Shown one piece after another: positions 1 to 13,532 of a stretch of 64,000 nt of DNA (positions within the stretch are counted from its first letter, which is position 1; the number at the start of each line of letters is the position of its first letter). Source of the DNA: Octopus sinensis (Eukaryota). Below the pieces are notes generated by a model. It was not told the DNA's origin, made no database searches, and saw only the letters and a list, made by a program, of their open reading frames with translations. The DNA lies in NCBI RefSeq assembly GCF_006345805.1, contig NC_043005.1, forward strand, positions 84,382,001-84,446,000. The letters are read 5' to 3'. Made by a program: the position numbers and the translations under genes.

Positions 1-252
1 TGTGTGAGTGCATGTGTTTATGTGTGTGTGTATATATGAGCGCATGTGTGTTTGTGTGTGGGTGTATATATATATATATATACATATGCACAAGAGTGCA
101 TGCACATTTGCATGTATCTGTGCATGTGTGTGAGTACATGTATATATGTTTGTTAGTATGTGTGTGTGTATGAGTGCATGTATGTGTGTGAGTGCAATAT
201 GCACATGTGTCTGTATATGTGTATATAATTAATCAGTCACAGAAGAACGATG

Positions 253-318
253 GTGTCATGACCTTTGCATCAGTTACATCCCCTCGTGTCATGACCTTTG
301 CATCAGTTACATCCCCTC
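253..318. repeat. 33-bp direct tandem duplication
   Basis: GTGTCATGACCTTTGCATCAGTTACATCCCCTC at 253-285 and 286-318. Confidence 0.95.
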
Positions 319-1456
319 CTCTTCCACTCCCCATCTTCCTCCTCGACTCAGTGCTTCATGTGCAGTTCTCACTTCTCATAGTTTGATGCCTTCAACAAAA
401 GAGACTCTGGGTAGGAAGTAGGGTGGAGTACCAAAAGGTTGTAATGAAACTGTTATGCAGAAAAATTGGGATAAAATTGTAAAAGGGTTTCGTAGGGAGC
501 ATACGAGATGTCACAGAGATGGTGATAGTGTTGTTTAGATGATCAAGGACTGTCCAGCCATGCCCAGCTATCTTATATTAAGATATTGCATTCAAGACTA
601 CATTATCAAATGTGTCCGTCATTGCTTAAGATGGCTGAGATTGTAGTGAGGTTTAGGGTGTTGCACTCAGGATTGCAAGGTCCTTGTTTCAATTCCTGGG
701 CCAGGCTATGCATAACGTTCTTGAGCAAAATCTCCCCATTTCACATTGCTCCAGTTCACTCAGCTGTAAATGAGTTCCTGCAAAATCTAGGGGGTTAACC
801 CTGTGATGGACTAGCATTCTATCCTGGGGGAAGTGTTATAATCTCAATCACTTATATCATGCAAACCAGTTTAAGCCCTGGATTTATCAGTCCTAGGGTG
901 CATGATGAACTTATGTTTAAGTGATTTGTTAGAGATTTTACTTGTATTACAATCAGAAGCCACAACCAGATTTCCACTATACCAAAGCTGCTCATTAATT
1001 AGTTGGAATTATGTAAATTTTACTAAAAGAAAGCTATTGTTAAAATCTACGACTGTACAAAAAGTTCTTTAAAATTTTAATTTTAATATATTTTTATCAA
1101 AATGTGATTTTTTAGTTTCTGTATTATTGAAGATTTCAATCACAAAAAACTAATTTTAATTCATTGTGAAGTTCTGTTCTTTACACTGCAAGATAGCTTT
1201 CCCTCTTTGTCCACTATTTCTCTCTCTCTCACTCTTATAGTTAGGATGATAACATGAAATCTGTTATAAGTCTCAGATAGTTAATTCCTCCAATGAGATT
1301 GCTGTTACTGTTATTGTAGTTCATATGATGAACAAGAATAAAAAATATTATTTCCCATCTCTGTACATATGTAATTGCGTGTTTATAGAAGGTTCTTAAT
1401 ATTAAAATGTACAAATGTGTGTGTGTGTATGTATATATGTATATATACATACACAC

Positions 1457-2124
1457 GGATGTACTATGGATGGATGAGGAGAGCTATGTGAAGAAGTGCC
1501 ACTCTCAAACAGGAGACCCAGGAAGACATAGGATGATGTGGTGAAGCATGAACTTCGAATGTTGGGCCTCACAGAGGCAATGACAAAAGACAGACTTCTG
1601 GAGGTATGCTGTGATTGAGAAGACTCAGCAAATAAAGTGAGTCCACAGCTGTAACCTACACCAGTGTCACATAACCGGCCCACTCAAAAGTACCTTGGAT
1701 CATAGGGTGACATGCTGTGCTTGAGGAGACCTATTGAGTCAAGTACCTCAATATCAATATCAAAAGCAAATCAGATGGAAATTGTAGTTGTGACCCCTGT
1801 GCCAGTAGCATGTAAAACACACCATCCAAACATGGCTGATGCCAGTGCCGTCTTGACTGGTCTGTGTGTCAGTGGCACGTAAAAAGCACCATCTGATCAT
1901 GGTTGATGCCAGCCTCCTCTAGCCCCTCTGCTGGTGGCATGTAAAAAAGCACCCACTACACTCTCAGAGTGGTTGGTGTTAGAAAGGGCATCCTGCTGTA
2001 GAAACACTGCCAGATCAGACTGGAGCCTGGTGCAGCCCCAGGCTTCCCGGACCCCAGTCGAACTCTCCAACCCATGCCAGCATGGGAAATGGACGTTAAA
2101 CAATGATGATGTTGATGATGATGA
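1457..2124 (+). mobile_element. RTE-clade LINE 3' fragment (ORF end, 3'UTR, (GAT)n tail)
   Basis: Degenerate reading ..RPRKT*DDVVKHELRMLGLTEAMTKD.. (RTE-like C-terminus), GTGGCACGTAAAAAGCACC subrepeats, end ..GGACGTTAAACAATGATGAT. Confidence 0.8.
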
Positions 2125-2269
2125 TATATATATATATATATATATGTACATATGGAAAAGTAGTGCTGAGGGAATAAATAAATGTTTGAACACACAGTAA
2201 GCTTTTCAATATAATTTTCCAGTACTAGGTGCACAATCAAACACACTATCGTGCAAGGTTATAAAATCT

Positions 2270-2348
<79 letters not shown>

Positions 2349-2397
2349 GTATATATGTATATATATATATATATATATTTATCAGAAGATTTTATTA

Positions 2398-2432
<35 letters not shown>

Positions 2433-2449
2433 CAGAAGATTTTGTTACC

Positions 2450-2483
<34 letters not shown>

Positions 2484-3547
2484 TACATACATATATACAA
2501 TATATGGAGGACTTTTATGTGGCTAAGTCAAGTTAACATAATATCTGATTTCTTCATAAGTTCTCCTCAGATTGTCTTTGAGTGCTTGCTATTCTTCTTA
2601 ATTTATTTATCAAGGGAGTGAGTACCATTAGAGGAATAAAGGAAATAAAGGGAAATTAGATGAAACATCTCAAAAAAGTTACACGAACTGGGAATTAGAT
2701 GTGTAAATATTATTAAGGACTCCATTCAGAGCGCAGTCAGTGTATATGTGTGTGTGTTAAATAGAGAGAGTAAAAGACAAAATGTAAAGTATAAAGCAAG
2801 GAAAAAAGACAGAGAGTAGAGGGGAGAGATCTAGAATGTGTTTGTATTTGTTCCCCACCACCATCACCACCACTTCACAACATGTGTTGGTTTGTCTATG
2901 TCCTCATAACTTAGTGGTTCAGTAAAAGAGACTGGTAGAATAAGTACCAGATGTTTTAAAAGAAAAAAAAAAACTACTAGACTCAATGTGTTCAACTAAA
3001 ACCAATCATGGTATTGCCCCAGCATGGGCTGCAATCCAATGACTGGAACAAGTAAAAGATAAAAGATAGCTCTGAGCTAAAATATCTGGCACCATTTAAT
3101 TCCATTCTTTTATAAAGTTGGAGTTCAAATCCTAGGGGGATTTCCTTTGCTTTCCCTCATTCCTTCACCTCTGGGTTAAGTGGAATTAAAATAAGTGCTG
3201 ATAATGTATCAGGGTTGGTTTAATCGAACGTATGTAGAGCTTCTTTAAAATAACAAGTTTGTATGGGCCCCATGCCAACTGGGAATCAATAATATTTCTG
3301 AGGTCAAATATATTGATTTATGTATATAAAATGTATTGATTTCAAAATGAGATAAAAAGAAAAAATATACAAATTCATAAAAATTAAGCAAAAAAAAAAA
3401 ATGAAGTAGAGAACAAGATTTTTGGTTTAAATTATTGGAGAAAAGAAGTGTTGCACTTGAATGTTATGGGGTCATCTAAGCTGGAGGCCCTGTATTTTTG
3501 TTATTGGTTCCACTTGGCTGGCTGTGGTCAGCCTGGAGAACTACCGA

Positions 3548-3606
<59 letters not shown>

Positions 3607-3678
3607 TCTTTTACTTGTTTCAGTCATTTGACTGCAGCCATTCCTGGAGCACTGTCTCTAGTCGAGCAAATCAACCCC

Positions 3679-4444
3679 TGTGAGAAAAAGCAGCACCGTG
3701 ATGCAAGTCACTCTGCCAGAAATTTGGAAACGACATACTGTAGTGTTTTGCTTTCATGCTGGAAGCTCCAATACAAACATTTCAGAGTATTTGAATGTCA
3801 ATCTGAACACAGTACATGTAATGAGAGTGTTAGAAATCAAACATCCAGTCAACATGAAGGTGTTTGGAGTGATCACTAGTGATGGTGATGTTATGTCTCC
3901 ATTCATCTTCCCACATGGCCTCACACTCAACACAGAGACCTACATCAAGTACCTGGAGGAGGTAGTACTTCCCTAGGTCAAGAGGTTGGCTGTTGGAAGA
4001 CCCTATATCTGGCAACAGGACTCTGCACTATGCCACACAAGCAGGAGAACCCAGTCATGGCTGTCAGACAATTTCTGAAACCACATCACCCCTAACATCT
4101 GGTCACTTAACTCCCCAGACAGCAAACCCCTTCATTATTATGTGTGGGGCACAGTTGAGTGAGAGACCAACAAAACTCCTTGTAACACTAAAAATGAACT
4201 GAAGGCAAGGGTTATGGCAGCATTCACCAATTTGATCAAGGAGACCATCCAGAAGAATAGCAGGAGATTCTGAAGTTGTCTGAAGACCATGTTTGAAGCC
4301 AATGGCGATTTTATTGAATATATTTACTCTTTAGTATTTCAAGATATTTTTATGTAATTTTGTTAAATATATCTATTAAAATGAGATGTTAGTGTTATTT
4401 TCATTTTTGCATAATTTAGACGATAGTTTATTCAAAGCACCCTG
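3679..4444 (+). mobile_element. Internally deleted Tc1/mariner transposon, DD37D (maT)-like, pseudogenised
   Basis: N-terminus MQVTLPEIWKRH.. fused in frame to KHPVNMKVFGVITSDG..WQQDSA..NSPDSKPLH..VWG..; 37 residues between the second D and the third-D position (here H); in-frame stops; right end ..TTCAAAGCACCCTG; left end missing. Confidence 0.85.
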
Positions 4445-4474
4445 TTGTATATATATATATATATACATATATAT

Positions 4475-4525
<51 letters not shown>

Positions 4526-4526
<1 letters not shown>

Positions 4527-4778
4527 TGTTGTGTCTGGGGAGAGTCATTTTCTTTTTGTGCCTTATAATGTAACACTCACTTATTTCTTATTTCCACTTA
4601 TTTCTTATTTTTATTTTCCTAAAAATAAAAATAAATAAAAAGTGGAAATTTTACCGGTGAGTGTGTTACATTATAAGGCACAAAAAGAAAATGACTCTCC
4701 CCAGACACAACAGAATATGCTTCAACACACAAACTCATATAAAGAATCTTGCAAACCAAATCCAAAAACGAAATATAC

Positions 4779-4853
<75 letters not shown>

Positions 4854-5045
4854 CTCCAAACATAAATAAAGAGAAAACAAAACAACGCAAGGACGTGGAC
4901 CAAGTATAGTGTTATTGGACGCTCATGAAAGGAAAGAAAGAAGGAGGATTTAACATTTGGAGCAGAGCTCTTCGTCAGAAACATAGAAAAAGGAAAGGTC
5001 CAAGGAAGGGAAGACAGAGAAAGAAAATTGCCAACGATACACACA
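4526..5045 (-). mobile_element. Penelope-type terminal-repeat remnant with inverted duplication
   Basis: 55/57-bp inverted repeat (4526-4580 vs 4657-4713) plus degenerate HHR on the minus strand at 4949-4981. Confidence 0.55.
4949..4981 (-). ncRNA. Degenerate minimal type-I hammerhead motif
   Basis: UUU-CUGACGA-A-GAGC-UCU-GCUC-[C]AA-AUGU-U-AAA; G12 mutated to C. Confidence 0.6.
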
Positions 5046-5049
5046 CGGT

Positions 5050-5088
<39 letters not shown>

Positions 5089-5994
5089 GAGGGGATGCTG
5101 CAAAGTTTGTGACTTTGGGTAAAAGAAAATACAAGAGGATCAGTTAATTATGATTTCATTCCAAATATTTCCCTGTCAGATTCACACAATTATTGCAGGG
5201 ATCCTCCTTCAGTTCTAAGAGAAGTAGGAAGATTGGGCTTCTAACCAGGCCTTTCACAATACCCTTAAAGCCAGGAACCTTCTGGCACCCTCTCGGATGT
5301 GATGGGCTTCCATACAGTTTCCATCAATCAAATCAATTCATAAGGCATTGGTTGGCCCAGGGCTATAGTAGAAGACATTTATCCAAATTAGATACACTGC
5401 TTAATTGAATTTCAAAACCAGCATGAAAAGTTGGAAGCATTACAGTTTGATCTCCTTCCATCACAGATCAGCAATAACAAAGTTGATCTGGGTTTTAAAC
5501 AAAGAACACCAATATCATATGGAGATGGAGGTTTATAAGAAATTACAAAAAATTGGATACGCACATATACTAAAAAAAAAAGATCTTGAAGGGATGACAA
5601 GAATAAAACCAAAGCAAATAAGACATGCAAGGATTTGACTAGGTTCTTTGTCAAAAATATGGTACAAATGAATCTAAAGCAGTGGGCTCTTTACCTTTTT
5701 TTTTAATCCCATACCCCACCTCAGTTTTCAAAATAAAGGAAAAAAAGGTACACTCAACTGTAAACAGATAAGGTATATATGTGTACATACACGTGTATAT
5801 GTGTGTGTGTGTGTGTGTGTGTATGTATATATATGTATAATGGATAATAAAATGAATGGTTTACACCTGGTAGCTTACTGGTAAAGCATAATCACTTTCA
5901 CAGTGATCGTTATGTATCAATGCTAAATGTGTCAAAACAATTGTCTTGATTCATAATAAATTCTCATATATTCCATCTTCCGTCTTTCATTTGC

Positions 5995-6025
<31 letters not shown>

Positions 6026-6195
6026 ATACACATATATATCATGATTGACTGCTAAGAGACACAATATTTCGTTTTGTGACATTAATATACTACCATGTAT
6101 ATTAAAGGTTTGTAAATCAATAGTGTGTTACAATGCTTTGTATACAAATACATCTATGTAAAGAATGTGATTGAAGAGAGAAAAATAAATAATGT

Positions 6196-6238
6196 GTGTA
6201 TATACATATTTCAAGAATTATTGCCCTTTCATCAGCAC
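6196..6238 (-). ncRNA. Possible minimal hammerhead motif
   Basis: GUG-CUGAUGA-AAGGG-caauaa-UUCUU-GAA-AUAUGUAUAU-A-CAC; short helix I, could be chance. Confidence 0.35.
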
Positions 6239-7716
6239 CACATCCAACCCATTAACCATCCACAAACGCATTGCTTTATTAGCCAGTAAATTTAGAATTA
6301 TGACACTAAACTATATTACATGTTTTATTCACTTGTTACTAGTTTTAGAAGAAAAACCCAAAATTAAATAGATCCACATTGCAGTTTTTTTCTGTAGCCT
6401 TCATAGCCAAGATGTATATGCCACAGTTCTGGAAAATATCACCTGAAGTTTCTGGGTTCAAACCCTACTAAAGGCAGCATTTCAAAAACAGCAGGAGTAC
6501 ACCTAAGAATCATGACTTAGGTGAGCCCAGCACCCTTAGAGTGTCAAGAACCATCAAGCAATAATACTTAAATGACAGAAATCATTCCCCCAAAGAGGTT
6601 TCTCTGTTGTTCACCAACTCTGTAGTGAGCTTCCATTTACAAATGCCTTGTTCTGAAGTAAACCAAGTCCACAACAAAGCAATCATCCCCACATTGGTGG
6701 AGCTTATACTCCACTTTCAGAGGCACAGAATTAAAGTGTTGGTAAGTATTTCTATCAAAGAATTTAATTGAGTTAAAAAAACAAAGTTGTCAACTTACCT
6801 TTTGGTGTAGATTATAAGTTGATATCAGATTGTAGTTTTATTAATCCTTTTTTGCGTAAAAGTTTTTATTTGTCTGCAAATTTAAATAATCCTTAGCTTT
6901 TTGTTATCTTTGTTTTTTTCTGGTTTGATTGCAAATGATCTGTTAAGGAAAAGAAAAAGAAAAAAACAGAATAATGAGATATAAGTTAAATGAGATACGA
7001 AAAGCATGACATTAGATAAAGTATATAAACATACGACAGAGAAAAGAGACAAAGATATTGGAAGATATGAAAATTCTGATATCTTTTAGGAAGAGAGATA
7101 GGAAAAAAAATCTGATTATGTTGGAGGACAAAAATGGTTTTGTTCTTTAAATGATATATGAAAAGATATGAAAAATATGATATCAATTATTGTTGATATG
7201 ACATATCTATGATATCGTCTGGAGAAAATTTGAAAGATATGATATTTTTAATAGTATGTAATGTAATGAATTTTAGTCTTGCCTAAAGTTTGAGAAAGTT
7301 TTAACTGGTCAAGGTAGCAGAGTGCAGACTTGTTAGCAGAATGGCCAGAGAGTTGGACACTACATTGTCGATTTATTTTTAGTTTTATTTTGTCTTTTAC
7401 TTGTGAAGCTGCATAGCCTAGTGGGTAGGAAGTGCACTCATGATGTTGCAGTCAGGGTTTCGATTCCTGGGTCAAGTAGTGCATTACTGAAACACTTCAT
7501 TTCTCATTGCTCCTGTCCACTCAGCTGTAAATGGAATCCAGCAACAGGTGGGAAATTAACACTGCAATAGACTGGTATCAAGTTCAAGGAGAAGTGTTGG
7601 GACCTTGGTCACTGATGAGGGTGCATGACCTGGTAGTTAGAGTATTGTAATACTGACTGAAAGATCATGGTTTCAATTCCCAGAACAGGCAATGCATTGT
7701 GTTCTTATACAAAACA

Positions 7717-8010
7717 TCATCATCGTCGTTTAACGTCTGCTTTCCATGCTAGCATGGGTTGGACGATTTTGACTAAGGGCTAGTGAACCAGATGGCTGTA
7801 CCAGGCTCTAATCTTGATTTGGCAGAGTTTCTACAGCTGGATGCCCTTCCTAACGCTAACCACTCCGAGAGTGTAGTGGGTGCTTTTTACGTGCCACCGG
7901 CACAGAGGCCAGTCAGGTGGTACTGGCAACGGCCTTGTTCGAATCTTTTTATACATGCCACCAGCACAGGTGCCAGTAAGGCGACACTGGTAACGATCAC
8001 GCTCATGATC
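7717..8010 (-). mobile_element. RTE 3'UTR/SINE-like fragment
   Basis: Reverse complement of the same CCACTACACTCTCGGAGTGG..GACGTTAAACGACGATG terminus. Confidence 0.8.
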
Positions 8011-8659
8011 CACATGGTTGTAAACGTGTTCCAACAATAATGGTGATGTTGACTCTGCAATGAACTGACATCCTGTTCAGAGTTAGGGCTATTAAAGCTT
8101 CAGTCATTTATGAAGATGTGTAGCTGAGTGGTCAGGGTGTGGAGATTCATGTTTGTAACATTGTAGGTTCCATTCCTAGACTGAGCAGTGCATTCATTTA
8201 GCTGTAAATGAGTTCAAGCAATGGGTGGGAAGTTAACCCTGTGATGGACCAGCGCCCCATCCAGGGGACATTGTTGTAATCTCAATCACTCATGTATCAT
8301 GGAAACGGGTTAAGGATCAGACTTATGAGACTTATGCTCACGAAAGCCCTAGGTCCCTTTCTTTTAATCAAGAGAGAAGAGAGAACTTGTGGCCCTTCAC
8401 TAAGCCTCAAAGATTAGTGGGGAGAAGGGAGGACATGAGACAAAAAATATGCTCAAACCAGAGGCTTGGCTTGATTGCTTGCAACAGAATGGACTTTGCC
8501 AGAATCACTCACGGCCCAAGGTGGTGGTATTAAAATGGTTAAATCTACCATACAAATAAGCTATCATGGGATTTAAATTCAGAACACAAAGAGGCAAAAC
8601 CAATACCACAAGGTACCCAGTCTGGTGCTTTTACAGTCCCATCATTCCACCACTCTGGA

Positions 8660-9012
8660 TTGGTGTATCTTTTACTTGTTTCAGTCATTAGGCTGTGGCC
8701 ATGCTGGGGCACCAGCTCAAAGAACTTTTCAGTCAAATGAATCTACCCCAGTACATTTTAAGCCTGGTCCTTTTTGCTGAACTGCTAAGTTATGGGGACA
8801 TAAACAAACCAACACCAGTTATCAAGTGGTGGTGGACGACAAACACACATACACAGAATGAGCTTCTCTCAGTTTCCACCTACTAAATCCACTCACAAGG
8901 CTTTGGTCAGCCTTAGGCTATAGTAGAAGACACCCAAGGCATCACACAGTGGGACTGAACCTGGAACCATGTGGTTGTGAAGCAAGCTTCTTACCACACA
9001 GCCACACCTACA
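8660..9012 (-). mobile_element. tRNA-derived CORE-type SINE (family A)
   Basis: Homologous to 33042-33442 in reverse orientation. Confidence 0.75.
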
Positions 9013-9496
9013 CCTATATGTTTGTTAATGTGTCATAATATGGATCCTTGTCCACTTGTATGTTGTCGTCACTGTAATTTTCTCATCACCACTATTATGT
9101 TGTGGCAGTATTCTGCATCTTATTATCTTTAACTCGTCTGCCATGCTATCATTGAAAGATTTACACGACAATGACTTTGTGACGGCTACCCTGACGATAA
9201 CTTGAACTCGTATATATCACGTGACTGACACTGACTCCAACTCATACAATGACTCCACTGCTACTGACCTCTAACAATGACTGACTGATTGACTTTATAG
9301 TGGCTGGTTCATATCACTTTGTCATGTGGGAAGGAGTGTATCATTTTCACTCCAACATAACGTTTACCCCTTTCACTATCAACCAGTCCATGACTACCCT
9401 CTAGTTCTACGATACAATCTCCCTGTTTTAAAGTGATCTAAATTAATTTCTTCCATTAAAATTTCACATTAATTTATGTTACAAACACCAGATTAA

Positions 9497-9709
9497 CTAT
9501 TTAGCATTTAGATTACTCTGTCAAATGCGATGCATATTTATTCATGTTGTTTTGAATTAACCATGCATTATTTTGTGGCTTTGAGATTCCGATGCTGTGA
9601 TTATTTTTTAGAATGACATTATATAGTAGGTGTGAGAGGCTGGATCTGGCCTGTTTGAATATAAAACAGGGTATTTGGGTTGGATATGGTCTGTGTAAAT
9701 GTTAAAGGG
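9497..9709. mobile_element. piggyBac-like MITE
   Basis: TTAA at both flanks, ..AAAGGG terminus; homologous to 24791-25011 in the opposite orientation. Confidence 0.7.
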
Positions 9710-10719
9710 TTAATTATTATAGCAAATAAATCTTTCATAATGTTCAAAATTAATTGAAAGGAAAACAATGCAAAGACAGACATAGAAACACATACACACG
9801 TTTACACACTCACACACATATACACTCACAAACTCTCACATATACATCACAAACACACATGTACTGTCACGGATATGCAGACACACATTAACACATAGAC
9901 ATACAAATACACACACCCAATACACATACCCACACATACACAGTTGTACGTCTGGCAGGACCTATCAGTTACGAAGTAAACTCGTTAGCCATTTGGTTGT
10001 GTGGTGCCTCCTGGTTATTATCTCAAGACCCAACCTTAAAACATAACCCCAGGATTCCTGTGGTGACATTAGTTACCAAAACACAATATTCCTGCATCTG
10101 TATTTGGTTTAAACTGTTGACTGAGACGTTCCCATTTCAAGGAATTTGAGTCCTTAATGAACAAAACACCATGTGTTAATGAAACACAGTGTAGGGAATA
10201 TTATTACAATCAGGTTTTGTATTCAAATGACACAGCATCATACATATAAATAGTGAGGCTTATTTAGAATAGAGAGAGAGAGAGATGTTCACAATATGTT
10301 GGCTGGTGATATATATATGTGTAGGGGTAGAGGTGGCTGTGTGGTTGAGAAGTTTGCTTCCCAACCACATAGTTTCAAGTTCAGTTCCATTCCATGGCAC
10401 CTTGGGCAAGTGGCGTATATTATATCCCAAGGCTGACCAAAGCACTGTTAGCGGATCTGGTAGATCAAAACTGCGTGGAAGCCTCTTGTATATGTATGTA
10501 TGTATGTGTATATATATGCGTATATATATATATATATATATATAGCTGAAGAATCAAAATTTATTTTAATCCTCCAGCTATTTAATGCTGTTGTGGTGGG
10601 GGCTGCAATTACCTATATTAGTGATTCTGTTATTATCATTTTTAAACTGTTACACTAGATAATAATTGTGTCAATAATATCTTTGCAAATATTTTCTCCT
10701 GAATAAAAGCTCCATATTG

Positions 10720-10761
<42 letters not shown>

Positions 10762-11221
10762 GTGTATGTGTGCTTGTGTTTTCGTTTGTCATTGTCACTC
10801 TCACTTGACAACCAGTGTTGGTTTGTTTGCATCCATGTAACTAAGCACTTTGGCAAAAGTGACCAATAAATTCAGTACCAAACATAAAAGCTAAGTAGTG
10901 GGGTTGATTTGCTTGACCAAAGCCATTCAAGGTGGTGCTCCAGCATGGTCACAATTCAGTTATTGAAACAAGTAAAAGACATCCACTGTTTCCTTCATCA
11001 AACATTTGACATCCATTTTCCATGCTAGCATCAGTTGGATGATTTAATATCCGATGGGCCCAAGGATAGCATCATACACCAACGTCTACTTTGCCATGGT
11101 TTCTAGGGCTGAATGTCCTTCCAAATGCTGACCACTTTACAGCATGTATTGGGTGCATTTTCATGCCATCAACACTTGTCAGGCCACCATCCAGTTTGCA
11201 CAACTATGAACCCCAAGAGAA

Positions 11222-11681
11222 GCATGTTTATGTTAGATGATGAATGCCAATCTCTAACTGCAGAGGGAACCTGTGGCAGAGGTAGACTCAGGAAGATGTG
11301 GGACAAGGTGGTGAAGCATGATCTTTGGATGTTGGGCTTCATGGTGACCAAGACCTTTGGCGATTTGCTGTGATTGAGGACTCATCAAGCCAAGTGAAGT
11401 CATAGTTATGGCTGATGCTGGTGTCACATAACTGGCATCCATGCAGGTGGCACATAAAAGAACACATGCTGATGGCACATAGAAGCACCAATACCAGTGG
11501 CACGTAAAAAGCACCCATTACACACTTGAAGTGGTTGGTATCAGGAAGGGCATCCAGCTGTAGAAACTAAGCCAAAACAGACTATGGAACAGACTATGGT
11601 GTGGCTCTCCAGCCTTGCCAGCTCCTGTCAAACCATCCAACCCATGCCAGCAAGGAAAGCAGACATTAAATGATGATGATG
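11222..11681 (+). mobile_element. RTE LINE 3' fragment
   Basis: TAEGTCGRGRLRKMWDKVVKHDLWMLG followed by the same 3'UTR and (GAT)n tail. Confidence 0.8.
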
Positions 11682-12511
11682 AAATAAACTATGAGAGAAG
11701 GGTTCACAGAAGAACAGGTTTCTTGCTAAGGCAGGGCTACACGAACCCTGAAATTTTAGAAGAGAGGGTGTGAAGGCATGTGACTAAGAGGTTAAAGCTT
11801 TTAGCTCAAAGTCGTAAGGTTATAAGTTCAATTCTTGTCAGTGCCTTGCATGCTTGAGCAAGATGCTTTAATTCACATTGCTGCCATCCATTCAGCTGGC
11901 AAAAGGGAATAGCTTCTGTATCTGAAAAGGCCAACCTTGTCACAGTCTGTGTCATGCTGAATCTCCCTGAGAGCTGTGTTATGCGTAAGCATGTCTGAGG
12001 AGTACTCAGCCACTTGCATGCAGATTTAATGAACAGGATGTTTCATTGATTGGATTAAATGGAACCCTTGTCATCATAACTGATGAAGTGCCAGTAAAAA
12101 GAGAGGGTGAGAGGTGTGATCAGAGTGGAGCTGGGAAAGAGATAAAATAGGGGTGACGAGGGGTCTGTGTGGACCCTAAAAGCACGAGGTGATTAGAAAG
12201 GGATGGGGCAGAAGAACTGGGAATGTGGGCAGATGGATTGTTGCATGTGATTTGTGGGAGATTTGACTATTATTTCTAGCTGGTCAAGTGAGACCAAATA
12301 TAGACTCATCTGTTAAATCAAAGTGAAGCAGATTTTTATTTGGAAACAGAAGCAGAAGAATCTGTTGCATCTCCAAAGATCGGTGGATTCATTGATGGAG
12401 ATATTTGATTGATCTGATTGGGTTACAAAGAAGCACGTATGTTATTCAGGTTTCATCTTTGTTAATCAATAAATATTATTGCATCTTAACAAATAAAAGT
12501 TTGTAGAACAT

Positions 12512-12554
<43 letters not shown>

Positions 12555-12555
<1 letters not shown>

Positions 12556-12862
12556 TCTGGTGGCACTGGCAATAACCATGCTCGATTGACAGTGGCGCTG
12601 GACTGGTTACCATGCAGGTAGCATGTAAAAAACACCTCTTGAGTGTGGTCATTGCCAGAACCACCTGACTGGCCCTTGTGCCAGTGGCACATAAAAACAC
12701 CCACTACACTCTCAGAGTGGTTGGCATTAGGAAGGGCATCCAGCTGTAGAAACTCTGCTGGATCAGATTGGAGCCTGGTGCAGCCTCTGGTTCACAAATT
12801 CTGTCAAACCATCCAACCTATGCCAGCATGGAAAGTGGACGTTAAACGATGATGATGATGAT
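12555..12862 (+). mobile_element. RTE 3'UTR/SINE-like fragment
   Basis: Same terminus ..GGACGTTAAACGATGATGATG. Confidence 0.8.
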
Positions 12863-12919
12863 TTTATATATATATATTGTATATAGGTGTGTATGTGTGT
12901 GTATATATATATACACCTT

Positions 12920-13128
12920 TCTATTGTAAGCACAAGGCCTGAAATTTGAGTGAGGGGTAAGTTGATTACATCAACGTCAGTACTCAACTGGTACTTAATT
13001 TATCGGCCCAGAAAGGATGAGAAGTAAAGTCGACCTTGGTGGAATATGAACTCAGAATGTAGTGATGGTTGAAGTACTGCTCAGCATTTCATCCAGCATG
13101 CTAACAATTCTGCCAGCTCACTGCCTTA
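12920..13128 (-). mobile_element. tRNA-derived SINE (family B)
   Basis: Reverse complement of 43206-43417. Confidence 0.75.
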
Positions 13129-13160
<32 letters not shown>

Positions 13161-13335
13161 GTATATATATATATATATATAGACACAGTAGCGTAGGGTA
13201 GTTTTTCTACATGGCTGGTTCCTGTCATCTGTCCTACCTACGCATGCATGGAAAATGGGCATCAAGCAATGATGATGATGATGATACTAACACACATACA
13301 CACGCACACACACATGCACGCACGCACACACACAC

Positions 13336-13377
<42 letters not shown>

Positions 13378-13496
13378 GTGTGAGTGTGTGTTTATATATA
13401 TATATAGTTGGTATTTATAGAAAAACAAAAAAACCAAAACAGGTGTATAGATAACAAACAGATGTATTAGTTTAGTAATCGAGAAGGTGAGACAGT

Positions 13497-13532
13497 CTTT
13501 TATGTTTCGAGCCTAAGCTCTTCAACAGAAAG
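13497..13532 (-). ncRNA. Hammerhead-like motif with non-canonical core in a Penelope-type terminal remnant
   Basis: CUUU-CUGUUGA-A-GAGC-UUAG-GCUC-GAA-ACAU-A-AAAG; A6 replaced by U. Confidence 0.55.

Noticed and set aside
9061-9357. Possible solo LTR (TG..CA, TATA-like)
   Set aside because: No TSD found and no second copy in the window.
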